From positions 9,982,001 through 10,046,000 of the forward strand of contig OX597814.1 of NCBI GenBank assembly GCA_951406725.2: a stretch of 64,000 nucleotides of DNA, in the 5' to 3' direction. Shown here in pieces: positions 1-14,915 of this stretch (positions are counted from its first letter, which is position 1; every line of letters starts with the position of its first letter). Position numbers and translations under genes: made by a program. The notes under the pieces are model-generated. The model was not told the DNA's origin. It ran no database searches and was given only the letters and a program-made list of their open reading frames with translations. The DNA comes from Octopus vulgaris (Eukaryota).

Positions 1-469
1 CTGCTTGAATGAATCATTATTAGGGCGAAGATACATAAATATTTCTAGAATTCCGCGAAAAAATAAATTAAAAGCAATGTATATGCTTGTGTTCTGGAAT
101 TCTTATAGACTGTTCATTCTTTTGGATGTGGCCATACTGGAGCATATTTATCGTGTATATTGGAGATAAAGAATGAAATAATGAAACTACAAAATCTAAG
201 AGGAAAACAAAAAAGAAACAAACTAAAAATGTAACAAAGCGTATAAATTTTCTGTAGGCGGGAGGATATGAAGGTTTATTTGCCTCTAGCTTGTACACAA
301 ACACACACACACATTTATGTATGTACATATGCATATCTGTGTGTGTATATATATGTACGTGCGTATGTGTATATATATATATATACATATATACACATAT
401 ATATACACATATACACACACATAATATACATGTATATACATATATATACTGTATACATATATATATATG

Positions 470-551
<82 letters not shown>

Positions 552-574
552 TATATAAGTTTTACGATTTACTC

Positions 575-1160
575 ATTTAACAAATCAATTTTCCCCATTG
601 CATTTAACTAAAATATAATTAATCCGTTCCAGACTCCCAAACAGCACTAAAATAATGTTTTATGAGTTTTACGACAGAAAAGGTGTAGTTACAAGTAAAA
701 TGACAATTATAAAAATGAGAATGCATAAGTAATATGTAAACTAGTATTATTAACTGAATTACCTTAAAGATTGGACGATTTGTGCACGAGGAAGACGATA
801 GAGCGGGAAGGAAAAATATTATTGTTTGGAAGGAGAATCTCCTTCCATTAAGGCTTCATGAAGAACAATTTCTGGCCTTTTCTCTCTCACTTCGCTTAAT
901 TTAGGCTTTTTGGACACACTTTCTTCACTTCTTACACTTGCAGGCCGTTTCATTAAAAACATATCAAGAGAGTTCTGCTTTTTCCTGCCTTTCAAAATGT
1001 TGAGAAAATGCACTAGAGCAGTGTCATTAAATAAAGCAGCTGCCCGACCTTCAGATACTTTTTCAGAATGATATTTTTCTACAAATTCAGAAACATACTG
1101 CCACTTTTCCAAGACTGCTTTTATGCCACTCATAGAAATAGCCTTCTCTGCTACACTGTC
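575..1160 (-). mobile_element. Tigger/pogo-type DNA transposon 3' fragment (transposase C-terminus plus 3' non-coding end)
   Basis: ORF 819-1133(-) reads KWQYVSEFVEKYH..RAAALFNDTALVHFLNILKGRKKQNSLDMFL, resembling the C-terminus of Tigger/TIGD1-like transposases. No DDE core is present. Confidence 0.65.
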
Positions 1161-1673
1161 CCCCGCTACACTGCCAGGCCAGATCGATGATTTACAGGCA
1201 GTTTACAATGTTGTAGTGATCCTTTCAGAACTCACAAAGATTTGTATATATATATTTTCAGTTACTACGTTTTGTACTACGTTTTATGAAATTGATTTGG
1301 CAACGATGAAGTAATCCTCAGTATTTTGTACGTATCACATACAGGCATGAGCTTAACCAGATTGAAACCGGTTCAAAAGATATATCACTCAATTGCCTTT
1401 CGATGCTGTTTGATACGGTGGATATAGCTCACTAGGTGGCGAATTCTAAGTCGGGGATATCCCAGAAGCAGCTGTAAGACTGAATTTTTTCCAATAATAA
1501 TGCTGTATGCAACTTGAGATGCTTGCCTTGCTTTAATATTTGCTGTCCTATTTAACAATTATATATCTGCCGCATCGGAAATCTGCAATGGCTCTATAAC
1601 TGCTATCTCGGCTATAACCTTGGAGCCCTAGTAATCCGTTATAGCACTTACCTAGCGTACCTAATCATTTAGA

Positions 1674-2785
1674 TCACCTGTGAACTATGACAGCTTTCAA
1701 AGAATATTTGGTGTTATGGTCGTGTTCATAGACCTCTCTCTCAACGACGCTCCACATGTAATAGTCCAATGGATTAAGATCTGGGGAATTAGGAGGCCAA
1801 ATGTTAGGGGTTATGTGACCATGAAAAGTCTCAGCCATCCATACCTGTGTTACTAGAACCATGTGTGATAGTACAGGGCCTTACTGAAACACATATGGCC
1901 TTCCATTGCATACACTGCCTATCCAGGTCTTAACAATTATTTCCAGGACCTCAATATAGGTGGCAGAGTTAACTCTAAGGCTTTGTGGAAAGAAGTAAGG
2001 AGGTATCACATGTCCTTCGTTGCTGACAACCCCTGAAACCCTGACTGTTGCAGGAAATTTCGTATACATAACACTTGGAACTTCAGAAGGGTCTGTACAT
2101 AACCATCTGCCATTTCTTCTTCTGCTACAGTTTTCAGCTTATTTAAGAGCCTTTTAAATCTGATGTAGTGATTTTTGTTTGCTTTTTCTGACAGACCTTT
2201 CCTCATCATATAAGACTTATATCTGATGTCTTCCTGGACACCATTTCTGACTGTTCCTTCTGAAACATGGAGATCTTTTGCAATTGACCTCATGGACTTT
2301 CTGAGATTGTAATCAATGGTCTTTTGAACTTGCTGGATAAATTCAGATGCTCTGATGATTTCAGAACATTTAGAATGCTTGTTATGCTTTGATACTAGTG
2401 ACAAGTTTCCATTTTCAATTTCTAACTCCTTACAAACTGTAATCAATGGTCTTTTGAACTTGCTGGATAAATTCATATGTTCTGATGATTTCAGAACATT
2501 TAGAATGCTTGTTATGCTTTGATACTGGTGATAAGTTTCCATTTTCAGCCTCTAGCTCCTTACAAAATTTGTAGACGAAAGATCTGGCAACTTTTAAAAA
2601 ACGAGATATTTCTAAATCGCTATGTTCAGCCTTCAAAACCACAATAACAGCATACGTCTTCATTTCTTGAGTAAGCTGAGGGTCTGCCATTATGATTTTC
2701 TGAAACAAAGATTATACAGAGTGAGCAAAAAATGCAGCAATGACCCTAAAAAGGTATGTCCTCAAATACCTTACGCACTCTGCAT
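1674..2785 (-). mobile_element. Decayed Tc1/mariner-superfamily transposon (maT/DD37D-like), frameshifted
   Basis: Consecutive minus-strand ORF pieces give an N-terminal HTH (DLEISRFLKVARSFVYK; RKSMRSIAKDLHVSEGTVR), VSGVVSNEGHVIPPYFF...PYVFQ and WPPNSPDLNPLDY. Stops and frameshifts throughout. Confidence 0.85.
2311..2566. repeat. ~130-bp tandem duplication inside the Tc1/mariner remnant
   Basis: aatcaatggtcttttgaacttgctggataaattca...ccttacaaa occurs at 2311-2440 and 2441-2566 with few substitutions. Confidence 0.9.
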
Positions 2786-2805
2786 ATATAAGCGTATATG
2801 TATAT

Positions 2806-3180
2806 ATAACTTAGATAACTTAGATAACTTAGATATGTTTCGACCAAAGATTGGTCCAGGCCATGTCTAACTTAATAGCACCACCTAATAGGATTATTCG
2901 AATCCTGTTTAAGTCAAGTTTTGTTCAAGTAATGATTTCTTGTTGGGTGAGTTGTATCCAATTATGGGTGGCTTATCTGGTATTCTTTGAAGGAATCTAT
3001 CCAGACTCCGTTTAAAGTTGATGGGATCCTTTTCCTCTTTGATCTCCCTCGGGACAATGTTAAATAGGGCAGGGCCTGTTGAGGAAAAGAAATTATGTTG
3101 CAGTGTACATGTATGTTGTGATCTTGAATTGGGCAGAGGACGTATGGCCCGTGGTCCCAGTTTTGGATGAACCTTGAACC
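2806..3180 (-). mobile_element. 5'-truncated CR1-group LINE 3' end with (CTAAGTTAT)n tail
   Basis: Minus strand translates FKVHPKLGPRAIRP...TGPALFNIVP...FKRSLDRFLQRIPDKP, homologous to the C-terminus of ORF 59667-61013 (GPQLFNILP..FKMKLDLFLSGVPDEP). Three copies of ataacttag at ~2806-2834 form the tail. Confidence 0.75.
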
Positions 3181-3182
3181 TA

Positions 3183-3236
<54 letters not shown>

Positions 3237-4173
3237 GATATGTGTCTGTGACTGTGTGTGCGTGTATCTGTTTAAATATACGTATACATATAGATACTTA
3301 CATGCATAAAAATCTACATGCCAGTCATCGAAAGATACAAATAGAAATGAGAGAATCGAAAAACCTGTGCTTTAGATTTTTAAATGCCATGAGCAGCAAT
3401 GCCGTATTGGTTCTGCCTGAATTGCACAGACACCCCCTTGATACTTAGATCACCATAAATGTACTGAACCAGCGGTTAGCCCACAAGAAATCTACAACGA
3501 ACGACGCCATTATTTGTTAAACGTGACACGAAATATTTCAATTAAATTAATACTAAAATCATTTAAGGCAGAAGCAAAAACAAGCATCTAACAATCGCTA
3601 TTCGAAACCGTATCGTGAGTAATGCTTTTCTCAAGAATATTGTGAAAATTACACATTATATTATATGCAGGAAAAAATATTATTCATCAAATTTTCGAGT
3701 TGTAGGGGTGTTTGAATGGAATAAAATACGTGTCGTAACTCATTGATCACTATGCGAATCTGTACTCATTTATCATTTTCTTGCTTTGCTAATGAGTTAA
3801 CAAACAAGATAGTGTTAACTCATTAAGATCGTTTGTTAATGATGAAGTGTCATAAAAAATATAGAGATAAAATATTAAATACAAATGTCCTAAAAATAGC
3901 TTTAGCTATAAAATAAATATTAAAAAATATAAAGAAAAGGTAACTCCTGCAAACTAATGGCTTGAACATTTATTCTTGAACTTGGAGGTCAGTAGTCAGA
4001 ATAATGGCCTTAAAAATACATTAAATAGATACATATACATGGATTCATATACACGTTTATTCATACATATATACATATATAATTACACACTTATATGTGT
4101 GTATGTATCTATATGTGTATATTCATATCTACATACATAAAAATCTATTATATTCCCTCTCTCTCTCTCTCTC

Positions 4174-4217
<44 letters not shown>

Positions 4218-4470
4218 GTATTTAATATATAAATATTATATAAATATAACACTAATATAATATATATAATTTATAGTATATACAATATATAAATATATAG
4301 CATATATATGTAATATATAAGTATATATAAAATATATATAGCATATAGATATATATATATCTACTACCTGTCTATGTGTCTGTGTATCTATTTATATGTA
4401 AGTGTGTATGTATGTATGTATGTATGTATGTATGTATGTATGTATGTATGTATTATGTATGTATGTACGC

Positions 4471-4502
<32 letters not shown>

Positions 4503-5123
4503 ATGTATGTATGAAGAAATGAAACTCCGCCCCATAACAAACAAATAATGCACATTTAAAAAAATTGCTTTATAAGAAAAAAATGTTTGACAAACTAACA
4601 AAAAAAAAAAAAAGATTGAATGAAAACAAAACAACAAATAAACAAGGAAATAAAATCAACGAAAATAAAAATGAAATAAAAACACAGTCAAATACATTAG
4701 TATTCATAATATCAACATCTTAATATCAACATCAATTTTATAGAGTAAACTACTTCGGTATTTCGTGCTGTAGAATTAACTTGTCATAGGTTCATTTTTC
4801 TCTTCTCCCCAGCAGACTTTTAACTCTATAACGTGACGCTCTATCAACGAAAGCCTCTGCTAGATGCTACAGCCTTAGTCAGCTGTGATTTACCGCCTGG
4901 TGATCGGTAATCAGTTTTAAACTTTTATATGCACGCATCTCTTGAGTTCAAACAAATAAGTGATGTAAAGAATATAACAAAAACTAATAATAATAACTAT
5001 AAATAAAACAAATAAAAATGAAAATCAACTTTTAGCGTTTATTTATTTATCATTTATTCATTTATTTATGTAGGTTATCGATTTTTGTTTACATATACTT
5101 ATTTGTATAAGCGAGTATATATG

Positions 5124-5193
<70 letters not shown>

Positions 5194-5226
5194 GTGTGTG
5201 TGTGTGTGTGTGAGTGTGTGTGTATG

Positions 5227-5265
<39 letters not shown>

Positions 5266-5382
5266 GTATGTATATATGTATAGGTACATACATACACACA
5301 CACATGCACACACACACAAATATATATATATATTCACGCATATACATACATTTAAAGAAATGAATGTAGGTGTCAATTGGGA

Positions 5383-5429
<47 letters not shown>

Positions 5430-5591
5430 AAGAGAGATAACTAGATAACGATATATATACTTATATAGTCATGTACGTATCTCTGTCTGTATATCTATCT
5501 ATCTACGCTTGTACAAATGACTCTATTGGTAAGTCATTTTGATAGACTGTATCAAATATCTGCATTACGCATACATACATACATACATACA

Positions 5592-5627
<36 letters not shown>

Positions 5628-5631
5628 TATA

Positions 5632-5666
<35 letters not shown>

Positions 5667-5667
5667 G

Positions 5668-5702
<35 letters not shown>

Positions 5703-6004
5703 CTGTATATACGTACATACATATATTTATATATAGAGACTTATGTATATATGTATACGTGAACAGAAGCAATGCATTTATAATTGTATGTATATAAAAT
5801 TATGTATACTAGTCGTACATTTATGTGTATGCAGGTACGTTTGTCAATGTCTGCGTGTGTGTACAAGTGTGTGTGTGTGTGTGTATATAGATGCATAGAT
5901 AGATATGCATATATATGGTTTTGTTTGTACTTATATATATACGTACATATACCTATATTTAAATGTATTTACGTACACTCTGACATACACACATATATAG
6001 TTTT

Positions 6005-6228
6005 CTTTTATTCTTTTACTTGTTTCATTCATTTTGACTGTGGTCATGCTGGAGCATCGCCTTTTAGTTGAAAAAATCGAATCCTGGACTTATTCTTTGT
6101 AAGCCTGGTACTTATCCTATAGGCGTCTAGGCCAAACCGATAGGTTACGGGGACATAAACACACCAACATCGGTTGTCAAGCGACTATGGAGAGACAATC
6201 ACAAACACAAACTCACATATATATACAT

Positions 6229-6277
<49 letters not shown>

Positions 6278-6412
6278 CATATATACGCCGGACCTCTTTC
6301 ATTTTCCGTGTACCAAATCCGCTCACGAGGCTTTGGTCGGCCCGAGTCTATAATAGAATACACTTGCCGAAGGTGTCACGCAGTGGGACTGAATCCCGAA
6401 CCGTGTGGTTGG
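6005..6412 (-). mobile_element. SINE family A (tRNA-like head, CORE-like domain, internal TA/CA microsatellite), diverged copy
   Basis: Reverse-complement match to the full copy at 43129-43550. Confidence 0.85.
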
Positions 6413-6421
6413 GGAATAATG

Positions 6422-6455
<34 letters not shown>

Positions 6456-6465
6456 TGTATGTATG

Positions 6466-6500
<35 letters not shown>

Positions 6501-7292
6501 GCGTGATTTTATATATGAGAACGTTTAGTGAAGGTTTATGTATGTATGCCACATATACATTTAATTTTATATATATATATATATTTATAGACAAAGACAT
6601 CTATATACGTATATAAATATATATAGGTATATGTTTTTATACATATACGCACAAATATATACTTTTACACACACACGCACACACTCACACACACATGATT
6701 CTTTGTATATACACAGATGTACGTTTATATGTCTTTGTGGGTGTCTACGCGCGCATAAAAACGTAAGAGCATATACACACATATATACACACACACACCT
6801 TCACAACATTTCATCTCTGATGTAAATGACCAGCCAAAGCAAAAAAGGCTACAATATGTCTGCTGAATTGTAAACGGAAGCGAAAACAGATGGCACATGT
6901 TTCCAACACGCATGCAATTTGTTTTCTGCAAGACATAATGTCTACGATGCGTTGTTTTCTTATTTGGTTCGCCTAAAATGTAAAATATGATTTTTGTCTT
7001 CTTTTTTGTTAATATTATTTGTGTCTTAGCTCACGATGAATTTTCATCAAAACCTGAAAAAAAAAAAAAAAAATACCTAGAGAAACGAAGAAAATTTATC
7101 ATGCTCCAAAAGTTTTGTATAAATTTTCAATACACCGCAGACAAGAACGATTTTTTGATAAAGGAAAACAGAGTAGCGCCGCGCGAAGATGTGTCTAAGA
7201 ATGTAGTATAAATGTATCTTTCATCTTATATACACAATCATCATACGTAATACATAGATGTATACATGCTTACGTGTATATATGAATATGTA

Positions 7293-7340
<48 letters not shown>

Positions 7341-7397
7341 TGCATATACATACATATATGCATATAATATATATATGCATATATACATATATGTATG

Positions 7398-7450
<53 letters not shown>

Positions 7451-7708
7451 GTACATACATACATGCATATATATACATATATATATATATATATACATAC
7501 ACACACACATATATATATACATCTATGCGCATAAGCATTTGTATATTTGTATGTGTGTATATATGCATACATATATGCATACATATATATAAGTATGCAT
7601 GTATATATATATATATATAATATATATATATATATAAATGATGTATGTATGTATATATATACATAATATATATAATATATGTGTATATATACATATATAC
7701 ATATATAC

Positions 7709-7792
<84 letters not shown>

Positions 7793-7999
7793 GCATATAC
7801 GTATGCATATATTTGTGCATGTTCGAGTATATATATGTGTGTGTGCGTGTGTGTATTTGTGTATGTGTGTGAATGTGTGTGTGTTTGTGTGTACATGCTC
7901 TTCGGGTTAATTTTGACGATATTTTGCGTCTTTTCTTTTTCAGGAACAGCTTCAAGAATCGATAAACAGTCAACAGCGTTGTAGAGCATAAAGTTTGCA

Positions 8000-8440
8000 C
8001 AGTTTTCTATTCAAGAGATGAGGAATTACGTACATTATTTACATTATTTACATTATTTATATTTGACAGATATTAGTCCTCATTTTGTTTATTGTTAACA
8101 CAACGTTTCGGCTGATATACCTTCCAGCCTTCATCCAGCGTCTTGGGGAAATTTCGAACCTGGGTTCTCATTCTTAAGGTATTTTTCGATGTTAACATTA
8201 CGCCACGGCATATGGCGTAGTGGTTAAGAGCGCGAGCTACTAACCCCAAGATTCCGAGTTCGATTCCAGGCAGTGACCTGGATAATAATAAAAATAATAA
8301 TAACATCGAAAAATACCTTCGAAATTTCTCCAAGACACCCGATGGAGGTTGGAGGGTATATCAGCCAAAACGTTGTGTTAACAACAAACAAGATGAAGAC
8401 AAATATCCGTCAAATATAAATAATGTAAACAATGTAAATA
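8000..8440. mobile_element. Inverted-repeat element: tRNA-like Pol III head flanked by two inverted arms, each with a degenerate type I hammerhead motif (non-autonomous Penelope-like element / SINE)
   Basis: Left arm ~8000-8195 is the reverse complement of right arm ~8302-8440. The centre has an A box tggcgtagtgg (8213-8223) and a B box gagttcgattcc (8256-8267). The arms carry gacac-cYgatga-a-ggctg..cagcc-gaaacgtt-gtgtt. Confidence 0.75.
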
Positions 8441-8474
8441 GTTACTGTTTGAAAATCTAACGCGGTTGTAGTGA

Positions 8475-8604
8475 TCCATAGTTGGCGGCCAAGATCAGCG
8501 AGTGGTTCGAAGATCTTACCAAGGACGCAGTAAGAAATATATGCAGCAGATTCTAGGATGGACTTAAGACCGTGGTGGAAGATGAGACCGGCTTCTTTGA
8601 GTAA
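8475..8604 (+). mobile_element. Tc1/mariner transposase C-terminal fragment
   Basis: Translates LAAKISEWFEDLTKDAVRNICSRF*DGLKTVVEDETGFFE*, typical of the last ~40 aa of Tc1/maT transposases. Confidence 0.55.
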
Positions 8605-8734
8605 ATTATTATCTCCCAGCCATAATCTAATTGATATATGTATATTTATAATTCAGGATAAAATCATGACAATGATTATATCAAGAGGCCAGCATGAGAT
8701 AAAACCCCGTAGGCAATTTATATACTGAAATTAA

Positions 8735-9349
<615 letters not shown>

Positions 9350-9367
9350 AATATATAATTAAATAAT

Positions 9368-9551
9368 AAGGATCAGGAATTAACATTCAACATGCTGAAA
9401 GAAAATTTCAAAGGCGCTAAATAGCCACTGTTATAATTCCTACAAAAACACTCGCTCACAACCTGTGGTCTAGTTGGAGATATAACAGTGGCGTTTTGGC
9501 TTTTTGGCATCTTCTTTCAGCATGTTGGAGAAGGTTATTTCCTGATCCTTT
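9368..9551. repeat. ~185-bp imperfect foldback (inverted repeat) element
   Basis: aaggatcaggaa..caacatgctgaaagaa..gccactgttata pairs with tataacagtggc..ttctttcagcatgttg..ttcctgatcctt around a ~45-nt loop. Confidence 0.8.
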
Positions 9552-9566
9552 TAATATGATTATATA

Positions 9567-9942
9567 CTCTTTTACTTGTTTCAGTCATTTGACTGCGGCC
9601 ATGCTGGAGCACCGCCTTTAGTCGAGCAAATCGACCCCGGGACATTATTCTTTGTAAGCCCAGTACTTATTCTATCGGTCTCTTTTGCCGAACCGCTAAA
9701 TGACGGGGACGTAAACACACTAGCATCGGATGTCAAGCAATGCTAGGGGGACAAACACACACATACATATATATATATACATATATACGACAGGCTTCTT
9801 TCAGTTTCCGTCTACCAAATCCACTCACAAGGCTTTGGTCGGCTCAGGGCTATAGCAGAAGACACTTGCCCAAGATGCCACGCAGTGGGACTGAACCCGG
9901 AACCATGTGGTTGGTTAGCAAGCTACTTACCACACAGCCACT
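9567..9942 (-). mobile_element. SINE family A, near full-length copy
   Basis: Near-identical to 8776-9190 and 43712-44115. Confidence 0.92.
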
Positions 9943-10039
9943 CAAATATGTATAATTAACAATCATATATATATATTCCCTTTTCTTGTTTGCAAACTGT
10001 CAAATTTAGCCCAAACACCTTATATATGCATCGAAAACG

Positions 10040-10232
10040 ACGTATCACCATCAAATCGACGTTGTCTGAACAGCTTCGCGGTGTACCATGCGTCAGGTGT
10101 CGAAGTGATCGCAGTGCAATAAAGTGAAATAAAGTGGTCTGCTCAAAGACGCAACCCACCACCCAGGTCAGGAATTGAAACCTGGATTTTGCGATTGTGT
10201 GTACAACACACTAACCACTGGTCCATGCGTTC
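10040..10232 (-). mobile_element. Diverged tRNA-derived SINE (head related to that of 55300-55590, different tail)
   Basis: Minus strand: tggaccagtggttag (A box) ... ggtttcaattcc (B box) ... ttgagcagaccactttatttcac. Confidence 0.55.
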
Positions 10233-10254
10233 ATATGTATATATGCATATATAT

Positions 10255-10662
10255 CAGGGATGTGCCGCTTAGGTAGGCAAGGTAGGCAGTGCCTACCTTG
10301 AATAAAATAGATCAATGGTAACATTTTCCTCCCATGGTATAATATTGCCCCTAATGAAATAAAATTATGAAGGTTAGTCTGATTAGTATGAATAAAATGT
10401 AAAATGTTTTATTTTTCCATAGATTAGGCAGACACAATTCGTCCCTGCTTTTCAATCTCAGTATTTAAGCTAGGCATTAGTACTGCTGTAGTACACGTAC
10501 TGCATAAATTTCTACAACACCATTTTTTTACGTGCTATAAAGGCAGAAATAGATCTGCCATCAACTCAGTCGCGCGCCTGTGTTTCGCCTATCTTTTGCG
10601 GGTTTTACTACATATAGGCTGCCAACTGCCTACCCTGAGTAATTACTGACGGCATGTGCCTG
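10255..10662. mobile_element. hAT-like non-autonomous element (MITE)
   Basis: Imperfect TIRs cagggatgtgccg / cggcatgtgcctg (10/13). Subterminal ggtaggcagt / actgcctacc inverted motif. Flanked by atatatat on both sides, compatible with an 8-bp TSD but inside a TA tract. Confidence 0.65.
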
Positions 10663-10704
10663 ATATATATATATATATATATATATCAGTAAAGTAAAAA
10701 GAGA

Positions 10705-10777
<73 letters not shown>

Positions 10778-11569
10778 CATATACACATATATGTATGTAT
10801 GTATGTATATGTGTTTCTCTCTCTCTCTCTCTCTCTCTGCGATTATTTGTATGACATATTTATAGGGATATATAGTAGAATGATACAGCCCGAATTACAA
10901 GTTATATTATAAATGCAAAAATAGAACCTGAGTGAATTATAGATTGACATCATCTGAATAGATACAAGAGAAAGAGAAGGAGGGGGTATAGACGGGGTGA
11001 GAGTGACAGGCAGACAGAGAGATGCAATACATACAAATATATAATTTATACAAATCACTATGTCTCTGTCTGCCTCTCTATCCCATATCTGAGCGCTTGT
11101 GTGTGTATCTCTGTAAATATATATATAAATACACGCACACAAGTCAGAGTTTGTATGCAGGTGTATGTGTCTGTGCGTGTGCTAATATGTGTATATATGT
11201 GTATATATATGTGTACATGTATGTGTGTGTATCTGCCTGTCTGTCTACATGCATGTGTGTGTGCGTGAATGCATTAAACTGTTGAGGTGAAAAGTCGTAG
11301 ATGCATCACACACCTCTATTGAAATAGATCACGTTGAGAAACAAATGGCAGATATAAATTCGTTTAGGCATGAACCGAAGAAGATCTGAAGAACATCTTG
11401 AGCAATTAATTCGGTAAACGCCAGCAGAATACATAAGAAAGACAAATAAAGATATTGCTGTCTGTGTCATTCTCTTATTTCTTTAAGCTCTTATTTATTC
11501 TTTATTCATTTCTTAAAAGGTAGACAACCACTCCCTCTCAAAAAACATTATACATACATACATGCATGC

Positions 11570-11612
<43 letters not shown>

Positions 11613-11946
11613 CACAAACATACATACATACCTGCATATAAGCACAAGTGCGCACACACAGACTCACGTATATCAGTATATGTGTATGTGTGTAGATATA
11701 CGTGTGTCTCTGCGTACTTGAGTGTATAAATGACAAGACTGTATAATTTGTAAGGACTGAGCCATACACAATCTTATTGTATATCTTACATTGTTTGTAA
11801 ACGCATACACGGTTTATATATATGTGTGTATGTATGTATGTTTGCGTGTCTGTATGTCTTGTGTATGTGTGTACGTGTGGTGTGCGCATGTATGAATGCA
11901 TGTATGCATGGGTGTATATATACATGCATATATATATATGTATATA

Positions 11947-12015
<69 letters not shown>

Positions 12016-12022
12016 TTGTAAA

Positions 12023-12041
12023 AAATACAAACTGGGACAAG

Positions 12042-12073
<32 letters not shown>

Positions 12074-12092
12074 CTTGTCCCAGTTTGTATTT
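12023..12092. repeat. Perfect 70-bp palindrome: 21-bp unique arms around (AT)14
   Basis: aaatacaaactgggacaagtt-(at)14-aacttgtcccagtttgtattt. Confidence 0.95.
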
Positions 12093-12558
12093 ATATATAT
12101 ATATATATATATATTAGATATGTGTGTATGTGTGTGCGTGTGTATAAGTGTATGTATAATGTCGGTACGCATGAGTCTTGCGTGTATGTATATATAATGA
12201 AAGCTACATATATACATACTATATTTCCTTATATGCGTGCCTGTTCGCATGTGCGCGCGTGTATTTATATGCATGCAAACTCCTACACGCCGACAGAAAA
12301 AGGTTGGCATACTTACACGCATACACATATTAATATATATTACTATATGTATCTGTATATCTATAGATTTGCATAATTGCAAGCATACAGATATGTAGAT
12401 ATATGTGTGTCTCTGCGTGCCTGAGTGTATAAATGACTAGAGTAGATAATTTGTAAGATCTAACCATATAGAATCTCATCGTACATCTTACATTGTTTGT
12501 AGACGAACACATGAAATATTCAAAACATTCGTTGGCTATGTGTATATGTTTATGTATG

Positions 12559-12640
<82 letters not shown>

Positions 12641-12651
12641 CACACACATAC

Positions 12652-12997
12652 GTGGAGGTGCAATGGCCCATTGGTTAGGGCAGCGGACTCGCGGTCGTAG
12701 TGAGTGTTTATTGAAGGAGAACACCTAAAGCTCCACGGCAGGGAGTGGTGGCGAACCCTGATATACTCTTTCACAATAACTTTCTCTCACTCTTTCTTCC
12801 TGTTTCTCTTGTACCTGTATTTCAAAGGGCCAGTCTTGTCACACACTGTGTCACGCTGAATCTCCACGAGAACTAAATTAAGAGTACACATGTCTGTGGA
12901 GTGCTCAGCCACTTTAACGAGGTTTACTTTAACGAACAGGCCGTTCCGTTGATCGGATCATCCGGAACCCTCGACGTCGAAACCGACGGAGTGCCAA
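12652..12997 (+). mobile_element. SINE family C (tRNA-Arg-like head), diverged copy with the B-box region deleted
   Basis: Matches 54667-55053 but jumps from gcggtcgta directly to gtgagtgtttattga. Confidence 0.85.
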
Positions 12998-13336
12998 CTC
13001 ACATATAAATATATATGTGTGTGTGTGTGTGTGCATGTGCATGTATGTATGTGCGTATGTCTTTGTCTGTGAATGTATGTGTGTACCTGTGGGGCGCCTA
13101 TGTATGAATGCATGCATGATTGAACATATATACATGTGTGCGTATGTGCGTGTGTGTGTGATGTATGTACGCATGATGCTTTCGTGTATGTATATATAAT
13201 GACAGTTATATCTATACGTCCGCAGGTGTGCGTGTGTTCGCAGGTGCGCGTGTGTATTTATATGCATCCATATTAACTCCCACACACCGATAAAAACAGG
13301 CTGTCACGCATACATGCATACACATATGAATATATA

Positions 13337-13381
<45 letters not shown>

Positions 13382-13533
13382 ATACACCTCTATATCTATA
13401 GATATACATAATTGCAGCATACGTATATGCATATATATATATATATATATATATGTACGTACGTATGTATATATATACACACACATATAAAAGTATGCAT
13501 GCGTGTGTATTTGTTTAAATTACATATATGTGA

Positions 13534-13585
<52 letters not shown>

Positions 13586-14004
13586 ATACACGTATACATG
13601 TATATACAAACATATTTATACATACACCTCCAGTCACACACGCGCACATACACACACACTCAAAGACATTTCTTTTACTCTCAAAGGCCAACACATTATT
13701 TCACTCGTATTGATTTTCATTGTCTCCATTTAATGAGTGGTTTTTCCCTCCTCCAGACGAGTCGATAGAAAACGTTTGTTCCGATGAAATCACACCAAGA
13801 AAACAGGAGAAAAATATATCCATCACACTCACCACTTTTCCTTGAAGACTTTATCTCTTCTGACGCCACCATCCTTTGAGATCGATGGATGTTGCCAAGA
13901 AATTTACGAAGAAATAAGGCGTTTGCTTTCCCTTTAATAGTGATTGTGTTTTTGGTGTTATTTTTATGGTTGTTTTTCATTGTGAGCCTTTGTTATTGCC
14001 CTTA

Positions 14005-14914
<910 letters not shown>

Positions 14915-14915
<1 letters not shown>

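Larger units (their letters stand above)
11690..13420. repeat. Old ~0.7-kb tandem duplication (about two units plus the start of a third), later interrupted by insertions
   Basis: Collinear diverged matches: 11697-11808 with 12401-12510, 11830-11935 with 13040-13135, 12165-12341 with 13166-13338, 12351-12388 with 13386-13420. Confidence 0.75.

Noticed and set aside
3792-3825. 12-bp hairpin aatgagttaaca/tgttaactcatt
   Set aside because: Isolated, AT-rich, and no associated element recognised.
8203-8280. Possible tRNA gene
   Set aside because: A and B boxes are present, but the acceptor and T stems do not pair properly and there is no T4 terminator. Treated as a tRNA-derived head.
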